Assembly (NCBI GenBank): GCA_046292385.1
Contig: JBKBRF010000016.1
Span: 1-64,000, forward strand
From: Armatimonadota bacterium
GTDB taxonomy: Bacteria > Armatimonadota > SYMT01
DNA length: 64,000 nucleotides
Direction: 5' to 3'
In this document: in pieces, positions 1 to 9,547 of the stretch
Position numbering within the stretch: position 1 is the stretch's first letter
Layout of the letters: each line of letters begins with the position of its first letter
Notes under the pieces: model-generated
What the model was told of the DNA's origin: nothing
What the model saw: only the letters and a program-made list of their open reading frames with translations
Database searches by the model: none
Program-made: the position numbers and the translations under genes

Positions 1-273
1 GGCCTCCTTCGCGCAAGCGAGCGATGCGGCAAAACCTTCCTGCGCCACCAGCGGCGTAACTTTACAGCGTGTGACACAAGCCACCGCACTCCACAGACTG
101 CACCGAGGCAGTCTCCCTTTCAGCGAGAGGGAGGGCCTTCCGAGCCGGCATAAGGAGACCCTCATCCGCAGGTTTCCCGGGCGCTTGGTAACCACCTTTA
201 CAAGTTGCCGGCCGCTTTCCGGACCATCTCACAGCCCAGCCTCTGGTGTCAGGAGGCGCGGCCGTAGGCTGGG

Positions 274-503
274 CCGGAGGACACCCTTGTGACCGCCCCT
301 GGGCGCAGGGGCGGTAGCTCGACGCCGGCCGATTCAGCCCGTGAGCTCCGCTGTTGTGGCGGTGGAGCAAGGTGGCGCGGGAAGAGGCTCCCGGAGCGCT
401 CTCCCGGAGTGGCCCGCTAACGGAGCGAAGCGGAGTGTGAAAGGGCCGACGGAGGGCACCCGTCGCGGGAGGGCTGAAGCGGCCGGCTAGGGCTCGGGGT
501 CGG
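274..503 (+). repeat. ~230-nt structured dispersed repeat, copy A
   Basis: Shares GGAGG..TTGTGA, a hairpin, GTGAAA.GG and GGGGTCGG blocks with 36831-37056(-), 37179-37406 and 63259-63484. Confidence 0.85.
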
Positions 504-607
504 ACTTGCGGTCTCAGCGTTGTCCACCGATTAAGAAGCGACGGACCCGCGCAGGAAGCAAGCGATGCACCCCAGAACCTCCTCCTGCTGCCCGCTCACG
601 AATCCCC

Positions 608-1527
<920 letters not shown>

Positions 1528-1531
<4 letters not shown>

Positions 1532-1995
1532 TGGTTGAGTGCTCGATGCATCGCGGTATCGAGGCGGACGGGACGTGCAGCAACTGCTCCCGGCCGTTCT
1601 GCCGCACCTGCCTGGCGGCGCTGGGCGACCGCCGCTACTGTCCGGAGTGTACGCATCTGCTGCTGTCGCAGGCTGCTGCGCGCGGCTCTGCGCCGGGTTA
1701 CGCTCCCCAGCCGGCGCGGCCGCCCTCCGCCGTCGACCACGTGATCCCGACGCGGAACCCCAAGGCGCTGGCAGCCTACTACTTTGGCATCTTCAGCCTG
1801 ATCCCGTGCGTCGGGCTCCTACTGGGCCCGGCGGCGGTGACGCTCGGCTTCCTCGGCCTCAAGGCGCGCCGCGAGAACCCGGAGCTGCCCGGGAAAGCGC
1901 ACGCGATGGTCGGGATCATCGTGGGACTGGTGACGAGCCTGTTCAACTGGGGCTCCGCGCTCATGACGGTCGTCGCACTCGTCTGGCGATGGTAG
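1528..1995 (+). CDS. Membrane protein with B-box-like Zn finger and DUF4190-like TM hairpin
   Basis: N-terminal CxxH..CxxC..CxxC..CxxC, then two hydrophobic helices with GKAHAMVG; ATGA overlap with the upstream stop. Confidence 0.75.
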
Positions 1996-1999
1996 GGCG

Positions 2000-3031
2000 T
2001 CACGTGCCGACGTATCGCGCGTAGAGGCTGCGGGCCTCCGCCTCCTCCGCGGTGCCCTCGATTACCGCGCGGCCGTCCGGAAAGACGGTGATCTCGAACG
2101 GCTCCACCTCCAGCTTCAGCAGGTGCGGCGTCACCGTGGTCGGTCCGACCGGCCGCAGCCGCGCGCCCAGCGCCTCGAGGTCGAGCTTCACGCGGCGCGC
2201 GGGGGTGATCTGGACCGCGCCTCGCCCGCAGAGCGCGGTGGCATGGCTGACGGCGTCCACCTGCAGGAACGGAAACTCCCCGCGGGCGCAGCAGGGGCAG
2301 TCGTCCTTCCGCTGAACCTCGAAGAGGCGCCAGGAGAGGTCCCACACGTCGACGTGGAGCAGCCCCTCGGCCAGGGCGTCGTGCGCACCGACCAGCCACT
2401 TCAGCGCCTCCGTGGCGGCGTGGGAGGCGACGACGCTCACCGCCGGGCCCAGCACGCCCGCGGTGTCGCAGGTCGCGGCGCTCCCGGCGGGCGGCGGCTC
2501 CGGGAAGAGGCAGCGCAGGCAGGGAGAATCGCCGGGGCGGACCAGCAGCGTCATGCCGTAAGTGCTCACCGCGCCGCAGTAGACCCACGGCTTCCCCAGC
2601 TCCACGCAGGCGTCGTTCACCACGTAGCGCGTCTCGAAGTTGTCGGTGCCGTCCATCACCAGGTCGCAGTTGTCGATCAACTCCTCCACGGTAGACGCAT
2701 TGACGTCCTGCACGACGCCCTCTACCTGGATGGATGAGTTCACCCTTCGCAGGTGCGCCTCCGCGGCGGCCGCTTTCGGGCGCGCGGCGCGGACGTCGTC
2801 CTCGTCGTAGAGGAGCTGCCGCTGGAGGTTGTTCAGCTCCACCCAATCACGGTCGACGATCCGCAGATACCCCACCCCCGCCCGCGCCAGGTGGTTGGCG
2901 ATGACGGTCCCCGTAGCGCCGCAGCCGATCACCGCCACCCGCGCGGCGAGGAGCCGCTCCTGCCCCTCCCGCCCGATGGCGGGGAGCACCGTCTGCCGGG
3001 CGTAGCGCTCCAGGTGAGAGGGGGTCGTCAT
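2000..3031 (-). CDS. ThiF/MoeB-family adenylyltransferase
   Basis: RYARQ, GCGATG, NNLQRQ, DGTDNFETR and Zn-binding CLRC / CPCC motifs. Confidence 0.9.
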   Translation of the reverse strand: MTTPSHLERYARQTVLPAIGREGQERLLAARVAVIGCGATGTVIANHLARAGVGYLRIVDRDWVELNNLQRQLLYDEDDVRAARPKAAAAEAHLRRVNSSIQVEGVVQDVNASTVEELIDNCDLVMDGTDNFETRYVVNDACVELGKPWVYCGAVSTYGMTLLVRPGDSPCLRCLFPEPPPAGSAATCDTAGVLGPAVSVVASHAATEALKWLVGAHDALAEGLLHVDVWDLSWRLFEVQRKDDCPCCARGEFPFLQVDAVSHATALCGRGAVQITPARRVKLDLEALGARLRPVGPTTVTPHLLKLEVEPFEITVFPDGRAVIEGTAEEAEARSLYARYVGT

Positions 3032-3092
3032 GAGGGCCGCCCGGAGCCGAACGAGCTCCCCCTGCAGACCGGGTGGGCGTGCCTACGACGCG

Positions 3093-3195
3093 GCCTCACC
3101 CCCGACCCCTCTCCTGAGAGGAGAGGGGAGCTATCGATGTGATGCTGTTCCGACTCCCCCTTCCACTTCAGGGAAGGGGGCTGGGGGGTTAGGCC
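3093..3195. repeat. REP-like paired-palindrome element (CCCCTCTCCTGAGAGGAGAGGGG / CCCCCTTCCACTTCAGGGAAGGGGG)
   Basis: Near-identical copies at 22094-22188 and, inverted, at 55776-55871. Confidence 0.85.
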
Positions 3196-3221
3196 CCGTC
3201 GAAGCGCAAAACCCGGCAAGA

Positions 3222-3800
3222 CTACGGCCCTCCGGAAAGCAGTACGTACAGGATCGGGATCGCCGCCCCCAGCGCGGTCAGGATGCCCCCGCGCCCCAGC
3301 AGCCCTTTGCGGCCCGGGAGCATGAAGAGCCCGCTGGTGGCGAGCAGGAGCAGTCCCACGGCGTAGAGGTCCGCCACCACCGTCCACGCCTTCTTGCCCC
3401 GGTTCAGGTGCAGCCAGTTGGCGGCGCGGAGAAAGAAGCGCGGGCGCTGGCCCTCGTCGACCACCTGGCCGGTCGCGCGGTCGACGTGCAGCGTGCGCTG
3501 GTCCAGCACCAAGTCGAACTGCTCCGGAGAGCGGCGCAGCACCTCCCGGACCGGCCCCCGCAGGCCGAGCTCCCGGAGCACGGCGCCCGCCGCTTCGCCG
3601 GCGTCCTCCGGGAGCGGGGCGCGGAGCTGCCGGGTCTCGCGGAAGTTGGTGAAGTTGGGATCCCAGTCGGAGATGTGGTTCACCGCCAGCCCGGAGAGGG
3701 CGTAGACGAAGGTGAGCCCGACGGCGAGATAGCCGAGGTCACGGTGCAGCGCACGGACCAGGGGGCGCCAGAGGAAGCGTCTCCGCTCCCGCTCAGCCAT
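3222..3800 (-). CDS. PepSY-associated TM helix domain protein
   Basis: RALHRDLGY..YALSGLAVNH and NWLHLN motifs; three TM segments. Confidence 0.85.
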   Translation of the reverse strand: MAERERRRFLWRPLVRALHRDLGYLAVGLTFVYALSGLAVNHISDWDPNFTNFRETRQLRAPLPEDAGEAAGAVLRELGLRGPVREVLRRSPEQFDLVLDQRTLHVDRATGQVVDEGQRPRFFLRAANWLHLNRGKKAWTVVADLYAVGLLLLATSGLFMLPGRKGLLGRGGILTALGAAIPILYVLLSGGP

Positions 3801-4518
3801 ACCGCTCCTCTTTCCACGGGTCGCCGTGGTTGTGGTAGCCTCGCACCTCCCAGTAGCCCGGCTCGTCCTCCGCGCTGAAGCGGATGCCGTTCAGCCACTT
3901 GGCGCTCTTCCAGAAGTAGAGGTGCGGCACCAGGGAGCGGACCGGCGGCCCGTTCGGCCGGGGCAGCGGCTCGCCCCACAGCTCGTGCGCCACCAGCACC
4001 GTGGGGAGCAGCGCCTCTTCCAGCGGCACGTTGGCGGTGTAGCCGTTCGGGCACTCGAAGATCACGTGCCGGGCGGTGTCCTTCACGCCCGCCAGCTCCG
4101 CCAGGTGGGAGAGGCGCACGCCCTTCCAGCGGCTGTCGAAGACCGACCAGCCGGTGACGCAGTGGACGTCGCAGACCTGCTCCGCCTGCGAAAGCGCCAG
4201 CAGCTCTTCGAGGGAGAGCTCCAGCGGCTTCTCCACCTCGCCGTGGACTCGCAGCGTGAACGGTCCGCTCACCGCCGGCTCGCCCTCCGCGCGGCCCATC
4301 GGCTTCAACTGCTCCAGCAGGCGCTCCTGGCCCGGGGGAAAGCGCGGGCGGCCGTCCGGGAGGAGCTGCGTCCGCGCATCCTGCGTCGCTTCGTCTCTCG
4401 CGCAGCCGTACAGCGAGCCGCCCAGCGCGGTGATCACCGTTCCTACCGCGGCGTCCCGCAGCAAGCGGCGACGGTTCAGTACCTTCTCGCGGGCAGCTCT
4501 TCCCTGGTGGAAGTCCAT
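3793..4518 (-). CDS. Molybdopterin-dependent oxidoreductase (sulfite oxidase/MsrP-like), Tat-exported
   Basis: NRRRLL twin-arginine-like signal, DVHCVTGWS (Mo-ligating Cys), YFWKSAKW, GYWEVRGY. Confidence 0.9.
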   Translation of the reverse strand: MDFHQGRAAREKVLNRRRLLRDAAVGTVITALGGSLYGCARDEATQDARTQLLPDGRPRFPPGQERLLEQLKPMGRAEGEPAVSGPFTLRVHGEVEKPLELSLEELLALSQAEQVCDVHCVTGWSVFDSRWKGVRLSHLAELAGVKDTARHVIFECPNGYTANVPLEEALLPTVLVAHELWGEPLPRPNGPPVRSLVPHLYFWKSAKWLNGIRFSAEDEPGYWEVRGYHNHGDPWKEERYG

Positions 4519-4634
4519 TCGTCTCGCAGCTCCGGCGCATCCCGGCCCCGAAACCGCGGGGGCCGCGCGCTAAGGTAGTATTAGCACAGCGCACCGCCCT
4601 CGTCGGCCGATCCGCCTCGACTCGACCGCACCCC

Positions 4635-6566
4635 ATGCCTCCTCAACCGCCAGAAGCCTCCTCGCACAGCCAGCACTTCATCATCGGCACGGCGGGTCAC
4701 GTCGACCACGGTAAGACCTCGCTGATCCGGGCGCTCACCGGCTCCGAGACCGACCGTCTCCGTGAAGAGCAGGAGCGCGGGATGTCGATCGACCTCGGCT
4801 TCACCGACTTCACCCTCCCGAGCGGCCGCCGCGCCGGCGTGATCGACGTTCCCGGGCACGAGCGATTCCTGAAGAACATGCTCGCCGGGGCCGGCGGGAT
4901 CGACCTGGTGGTGCTGGTGATCGCGGCGGACGAAGGCGTGATGCCGCAGACGCGGGAGCACCTGGAGATCCTGAGCATCCTCCAGACGCGGAAGGGGGTC
5001 GTCGCCATCACCAAGGCCGACATGGTCGACCCGGAGTGGCTGGAGCTGGTCCAGGACGACATCCGCGAGGCGCTGAAGGGCACGTTCCTGGCCCACGCGC
5101 CGATGCTGCCGGTCTCCTCCATCACCGGCGACGGAATCCCGGAGCTGAAGGCGCTGCTCGACCGCCTGGCCGACGAGGTCCCCACGCGGACGATCGTCGG
5201 CCCCTGGCGCCTCCCGATCGACCGCGCCTTCACCATCGGCGGCTTCGGCACGGTGGTCACCGGCACGCTCATCTCCGGGATCGCCCGCGTGGGAGATCGC
5301 GTCGAGATCCTGCCGGAGCGGCTGGAGACCCGCGTGCGCGGCCTGCAGGTCCACGGCGCCTCCGTGGAGTTCGCCGAGGCCGGGACCCGCGTGGCGATGA
5401 ACCTGGCCGGGCTCCAGCTGGAGGAGGTCCACCGGGGGCAGGTCGCCGCTCCGCCCGGGGTCTACGGTCCCACGCTTGCGCTCGACGCCCGCCTCGACGT
5501 GCTGGAGAGCTGCCCCCGCGAGGTGAAGAACCGCACCCGGGTACGCGTCTACCTCGGCACGGCGGAGGTGCTCGCGCGGCTGAACCTGCTCGACGCCGAG
5601 ACGCTGGAGCCGGGCGGTAGCGGCCTGGTGCAGCTGCGTCTGGAAGAGCCGGCGATGGCCTCCAAGGGCGACCGCTACGTGCTCCGGTTCTACTCTCCCA
5701 TGGAGACGATCGGCGGCGGCGCCATCATCGACCCGTCCCCCGCGCGCCACCGCCGCTTCGACGAAGCGGTGCTCTCCAACCTCACCGTGAAGGAGATGGG
5801 GACGCCGGACGAGCTGGTGGCAGAGGCGGTGCAGCGCGCCGGCATCACGCCTGTGGCGCCGCCCGCGCTGGCGGTCTCGCTCGGGATGCCGGTCGAAGAG
5901 GTGCGCCGCATGGTCGCGTCCCTGCTGGAGCGCGGCGAGCTGGAGCAGATGGGTGGGGAGACGGTCCTCCACCGCCACCGCCTGGACGCCGCCCAGCACC
6001 AGATGCTGAGCGTGCTCTCGGAGTTCCACCAGTCCCAGCCGCTCCTGAGCGGCATGAGCCGCGAAGAGCTGCGGAGCCGCATGTCCCGGCAGATGGACGC
6101 CAAGGGCTTCAACCTGATCCTCGGCCGGCTGGAGGCGAGCGGAGAGGTGGTTTCCGAGGGCGGGCGCGTCCGGATCGCCTCGCACGAGCCGCAGTTCACG
6201 CCGGAGCAGCGCCGCGTCGCCGAGGCGCTCGAGGCCGGCCTGCTCCGCGACCCGTTCAACGCCCCCTCGTTCGAAGAGCTGCGCACGAGCGCGTCGCTGC
6301 CGGCACGCGAAGCGCAGGTCGTCTGGGACGCCCTGGTCTCCAACGGCGTCGTCGTGCGGATCGCAGCCGACGTTTTCCTCCACCGCACCGCCGTGGAGCA
6401 GGCGATCGAAAAGGTGCGCACCCACCTCGCCGAGCAGAAGCAGATGACCGCCTCTCAGTTCCGCGACCTCCTCGGCACCACCCGCAAGTACGCCGTCCCC
6501 CTCCTCGAGTACCTCGACGCCCAGCGCGTCACCCGCCGCCTCGGCGACGTGCGAGAGCTGTTCTAA
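4635..6566 (+). CDS. selB: Selenocysteine-specific translation elongation factor SelB
   Basis: [28 protein letters not shown] and C-terminal winged-helix [13 protein letters not shown]. Confidence 0.97.
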   Translation: MPPQPPEASSHSQHFIIGTAGHVDHGKTSLIRALTGSETDRLREEQERGMSIDLGFTDFTLPSGRRAGVIDVPGHERFLKNMLAGAGGIDLVVLVIAADEGVMPQTREHLEILSILQTRKGVVAITKADMVDPEWLELVQDDIREALKGTFLAHAPMLPVSSITGDGIPELKALLDRLADEVPTRTIVGPWRLPIDRAFTIGGFGTVVTGTLISGIARVGDRVEILPERLETRVRGLQVHGASVEFAEAGTRVAMNLAGLQLEEVHRGQVAAPPGVYGPTLALDARLDVLESCPREVKNRTRVRVYLGTAEVLARLNLLDAETLEPGGSGLVQLRLEEPAMASKGDRYVLRFYSPMETIGGGAIIDPSPARHRRFDEAVLSNLTVKEMGTPDELVAEAVQRAGITPVAPPALAVSLGMPVEEVRRMVASLLERGELEQMGGETVLHRHRLDAAQHQMLSVLSEFHQSQPLLSGMSREELRSRMSRQMDAKGFNLILGRLEASGEVVSEGGRVRIASHEPQFTPEQRRVAEALEAGLLRDPFNAPSFEELRTSASLPAREAQVVWDALVSNGVVVRIAADVFLHRTAVEQAIEKVRTHLAEQKQMTASQFRDLLGTTRKYAVPLLEYLDAQRVTRRLGDVRELF

Positions 6567-6597
6567 TCCCGAACCTTTTCAGGGGATGAGGGGATGG
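6541..6597 (+). repeat. Direct repeat copy 1 (selB 3' end plus downstream sequence)
   Basis: About 57 bp recur with few mismatches at 7404-7461. Confidence 0.9.
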
Positions 6598-6640
6598 GGG
6601 AGGAAAACGTCCGGACAGCGTGCGGCCGGCTCTGCTCCGG

Positions 6641-7045
6641 TCAGTGTTCCGTGTCCGGCGACAACGTGAGGTCCGGGAACCGGCGGTCGAAGGTGAGAAT
6701 CCCGGATGCATGGTCTTCCATCGCGGCAGCCCAGATCAGCGCGTCCGGAACACTCACTCGACCGGAAGGCCGGCACCGCCGCAGGGCGAGAATGACGATC
6801 TCGCGGGAAAGACCACGAATCGCGATGTTCTTCCGGTTCACGAGTTGGATGAGTGCATCGACGAGCGGCTCGCGGGCTACGCCGTAGACCGAGCGCAGCA
6901 CGTGAGCGGACTCCGCCAGCGCCACCGGGTTGATCACGAGCTCATCGGCGCTCTCGACGAGCGATTTCGCCTGGGCCGCGAGAGCCGGGTCGTCGCCCAC
7001 CAGATACCGGACGATCACGCTCGTGTCGAGATGCGCCGGTGTCAT
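6641..7045 (-). CDS. vapC: PIN-domain (VapC-like) toxin
   Basis: LDTSVIVR, LAE, DAL and TFD PIN acidic motifs; overlaps the antitoxin stop. Confidence 0.88.
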   Translation of the reverse strand: MTPAHLDTSVIVRYLVGDDPALAAQAKSLVESADELVINPVALAESAHVLRSVYGVAREPLVDALIQLVNRKNIAIRGLSREIVILALRRCRPSGRVSVPDALIWAAAMEDHASGILTFDRRFPDLTLSPDTEH

Positions 7046-7350
7046 CCGCGCACGATCCGCGGAACTTCGACCGTGCTCATCTCACCCGAGCCCATCTTCG
7101 GTTCGGCCCAATCAGCCGCAGCGGCGCTGTCGGCAGCGGACTCCCAGTTCTCGCCTAGCGACGGTTTGCGAGTGGCATGGGGCGCGAGGATACCGCACAG
7201 CGACTCCTCGTGGGGCGGGGGGATGAACTCGATCAGCACCCGGTCGCCGACGAGCTGCTGAATGGCCCGCCACCCCGCCTCGATCCCGAGTTGGCGGCGA
7301 ATCGCGCCGTCGATCACCACCTGCCCTTTGGTTCCCACCAGTGACGCCAT
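7042..7350 (-). CDS. AbrB/MazE/SpoVT-family antitoxin
   Basis: VGTKGQVVI..IRRQLGIEAG motif; GGAGGT RBS and TATACT -10-like box upstream. Confidence 0.88.
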   Translation of the reverse strand: MASLVGTKGQVVIDGAIRRQLGIEAGWRAIQQLVGDRVLIEFIPPPHEESLCGILAPHATRKPSLGENWESAADSAAAADWAEPKMGSGEMSTVEVPRIVRG

Positions 7351-7403
7351 GTCGCACCTCCGGTACTTAGTATAACGACAGGCGCGCGGTCGCACCGCCA
7401 GCG

Positions 7404-7461
7404 TCGGCGAGTTGCGAGAGCTGTTCTAACTCCGAACCCTTTTCAGGGGATGAGGGGATGG
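7404..7461 (+). repeat. Direct repeat copy 2 of selB 3' end
   Basis: TCGGCGA..TGCGAGAGCTGTTCTAA..GAACC(C)TTTTCAGGGGATGAGGGGATGG matches 6541-6597. Confidence 0.9.
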
Positions 7462-7526
7462 TGGGGATGGGTGCCTGCTGTAAGGCTCCCCCCTTTTCAC
7501 GCCTCCGACTTCACTGCGAGAGAAGC

Positions 7527-7607
7527 GCCGCGCGAGCGCGTTACTCCGCAAACAGTCGTGAGGCGGCTCACTTCGACGGTGCTGCCGGAGTGACGCGCTC
7601 GCGCGGC
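7527..7607. repeat. Long intergenic inverted repeat (22-bp arms)
   Basis: GCCGCGCGAGCGCGTTACTCCG / CGGAGTGACGCGCTCGCGCGGC. Confidence 0.75.
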
Positions 7608-7661
7608 CTCCCGGTCGGGGCGCTCTTGCTCGCGTGGAGAGGGAGCGACCCCGCTGCGTCC

Positions 7662-8774
7662 TCAGCCGGAGTTACTCGGAGCTTCGGGAGCTGTCGTCGG
7701 AGCGGGAACCAGCACCTTCCGCCGGAGCGAGGGCCAGGCGCGGACGGCGGCGGTGAGGATCACCAGCGCCTGGAGGATGCTCACCAGGTGCCGGCTGAGC
7801 TGGGTGTCCGCCTCCATCTCCACCGCGCCGTTCGCCAGGCCGCCCCAGAAGACCGCCGCGGCGGCCACTCCCGCGGGGTGGCTCGCGCCCAGGATCGCGA
7901 CCGCGATGCCGTCGTACCCGTAGCCCGGGGAGAAGCCGACCTGAAAGTACGAGTGGACGGCCAGCACCTCGACGGCGCCGGCCAGGCCGGCGAGGGCGCC
8001 GCTCTGGAGCAGGGCGGCGGTCCAGACGCGGTCGACCCGTATCCCGGCGGAGCGGCACGCCTCCGGGTTCTGGCCGATCATTCGCAGCTGGAACCCGAAC
8101 CGGTGCCGCGCCAGCACCAGGGCCAGCACCACGGCGAGGGCGAGGCCGACCAGCAGCCCGGCGTGGAGGTGAGAGGAGCCGAGCGCGGGAAGGACGGCGG
8201 TGGCCTTCACGGCGGCGGTGCGGGGCGCCTGCTGGGCCGGATCGTGGAGCGGACCGGAGGCGAGCCAGGCTGTCAGGTGCAGCGCCACCCAGTTCAGGAG
8301 CAGGGTCGTGACCACCTCGGAAACGCCGCGGCGCGTCTTCAGCAGCGCGGCGGGCCAGGCCCAGAGCGCCCCCGCCAGCCCGCCCGCCAGGAGCGCTGCC
8401 GGCAGGTGCAGCGCCGCCGGCAGCGCCAGCTTATGTCCCACCCACGCCGCCGCCATGGCCCCCCAGAGGAGCTGGCCCTCCGCGCCGATGTTGAAGAGCC
8501 CCCCGCGGAACGCCCAGGCAACCGCCAGCCCCGTCAGCAGGATCGGGGTGGCGTTGCGGAGCGTCCCCGACCAGGCGTACGCGAGCGAGGGAGAGCCGTC
8601 GAACGGATCGCCGAAGGCGCCGGTCAGGAGCGAGCGCACCGCCAGGGCCGGAGAGACCCGCGCGAGCGCCGCCAGGGCGGCCGTGACGCCGACCACCACG
8701 GCTGCCACGAGGAGCACGCGGAGCGCAATCCCCGCGGCGGAGAAGAGGAGATGCCTGGCGGGAGGCCGTTTCAA
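7662..8774 (-). CDS. ABC transporter permease (nucleoside/sugar CUT2-type)
   Basis: FRGGLFNIGAEGQ, SEVVTTLLLN and GYGYDGIAVAILG motifs. Confidence 0.9.
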   Translation of the reverse strand: MKRPPARHLLFSAAGIALRVLLVAAVVVGVTAALAALARVSPALAVRSLLTGAFGDPFDGSPSLAYAWSGTLRNATPILLTGLAVAWAFRGGLFNIGAEGQLLWGAMAAAWVGHKLALPAALHLPAALLAGGLAGALWAWPAALLKTRRGVSEVVTTLLLNWVALHLTAWLASGPLHDPAQQAPRTAAVKATAVLPALGSSHLHAGLLVGLALAVVLALVLARHRFGFQLRMIGQNPEACRSAGIRVDRVWTAALLQSGALAGLAGAVEVLAVHSYFQVGFSPGYGYDGIAVAILGASHPAGVAAAAVFWGGLANGAVEMEADTQLSRHLVSILQALVILTAAVRAWPSLRRKVLVPAPTTAPEAPSNSG

Positions 8775-8924
8775 GACCAGCCTCGGGAATGCCGCGAAGA
8801 CCGCGACGGAGGGGTAGGTCAGAAGGGGAGGTTGGCAGGTCCAGGTTAAGCGGTTATTCCACCCGCCCGAGGGGAGGGAACCTGAAACCTGAAACCTGCC
8901 AACCTGTTGACAACGCGTCGCCGG

Positions 8925-9455
8925 TTAGGCGGCGGGGGCTTCTTCGGCCGGAGTGGCCGCCGCTTCTTCGGCGGGAGCCTCGGCCTGCGGCACCTCTTCC
9001 ACCGGCTCGGTCTCGGCGACGAGCACCTGGACCGGAACCGTGAGACCGCGCATCAGCTTCACGCTCACGTTGTACTCGCCGAGCGCGCGGATGCCCTGCT
9101 TCAGGTCCACGTCGCGCCGGTCGATGGTGGTGCCGGCCAGCGCGCTGACCGCCTCCGCCACTTCCGCCGGGGTGACGGAGCCGTGGAGCCGGGTGCTCCC
9201 TTCCGCCGGCTTGCGGATCATCACCACCCGCTTGCCGCGGATCTTGTCCGCCAGCTCGTTGGCGGAGGCGCGCTCCCGCTCTTCCCGCTCCTTGGCGGAG
9301 GCGATGCGCTTCTGGTAGTCGCGCAGGTTGCCGTCGGTCGCCGGCACCGCCAGGGCGCGCGGCAGCAGGTAGTTGCGCGCGTAGCCGGGCTTCACCTCAA
9401 CCAGCTCGCCGGCGCGGCCCAGGTCACGCACGTCGCTCCTAAGAATGATCTTCAC
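8925..9455 (-). CDS. rplI: 50S ribosomal protein L9
   Basis: KIILRSDVRDLGRAGELVEVKPGYARNYLLP; GTG start at 9455. Confidence 0.97.
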   Translation of the reverse strand: MKIILRSDVRDLGRAGELVEVKPGYARNYLLPRALAVPATDGNLRDYQKRIASAKEREERERASANELADKIRGKRVVMIRKPAEGSTRLHGSVTPAEVAEAVSALAGTTIDRRDVDLKQGIRALGEYNVSVKLMRGLTVPVQVLVAETEPVEEVPQAEAPAEEAAATPAEEAPAA

Positions 9456-9547
9456 GTCTCTCCATCCTTCCCCGCGGGCCGGTCTCCGGTCCCCGCTCTG
9501 CAAACTAATCCCGGCCGAACCGCGTGGTGCGCGGTCCTTCCGGCAGA

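Noticed and set aside
7462..7660. Possible tRNA-Sec (selC) near selB
   Set aside because: No cloverleaf, UCA anticodon arm or TTCGA-type T-loop in a tRNA context; only a long inverted repeat.
8925..9455. rplI separated from rpsF/rpsR and placed after mlaD
   Set aside because: rplI position varies among bacteria; not informative alone.
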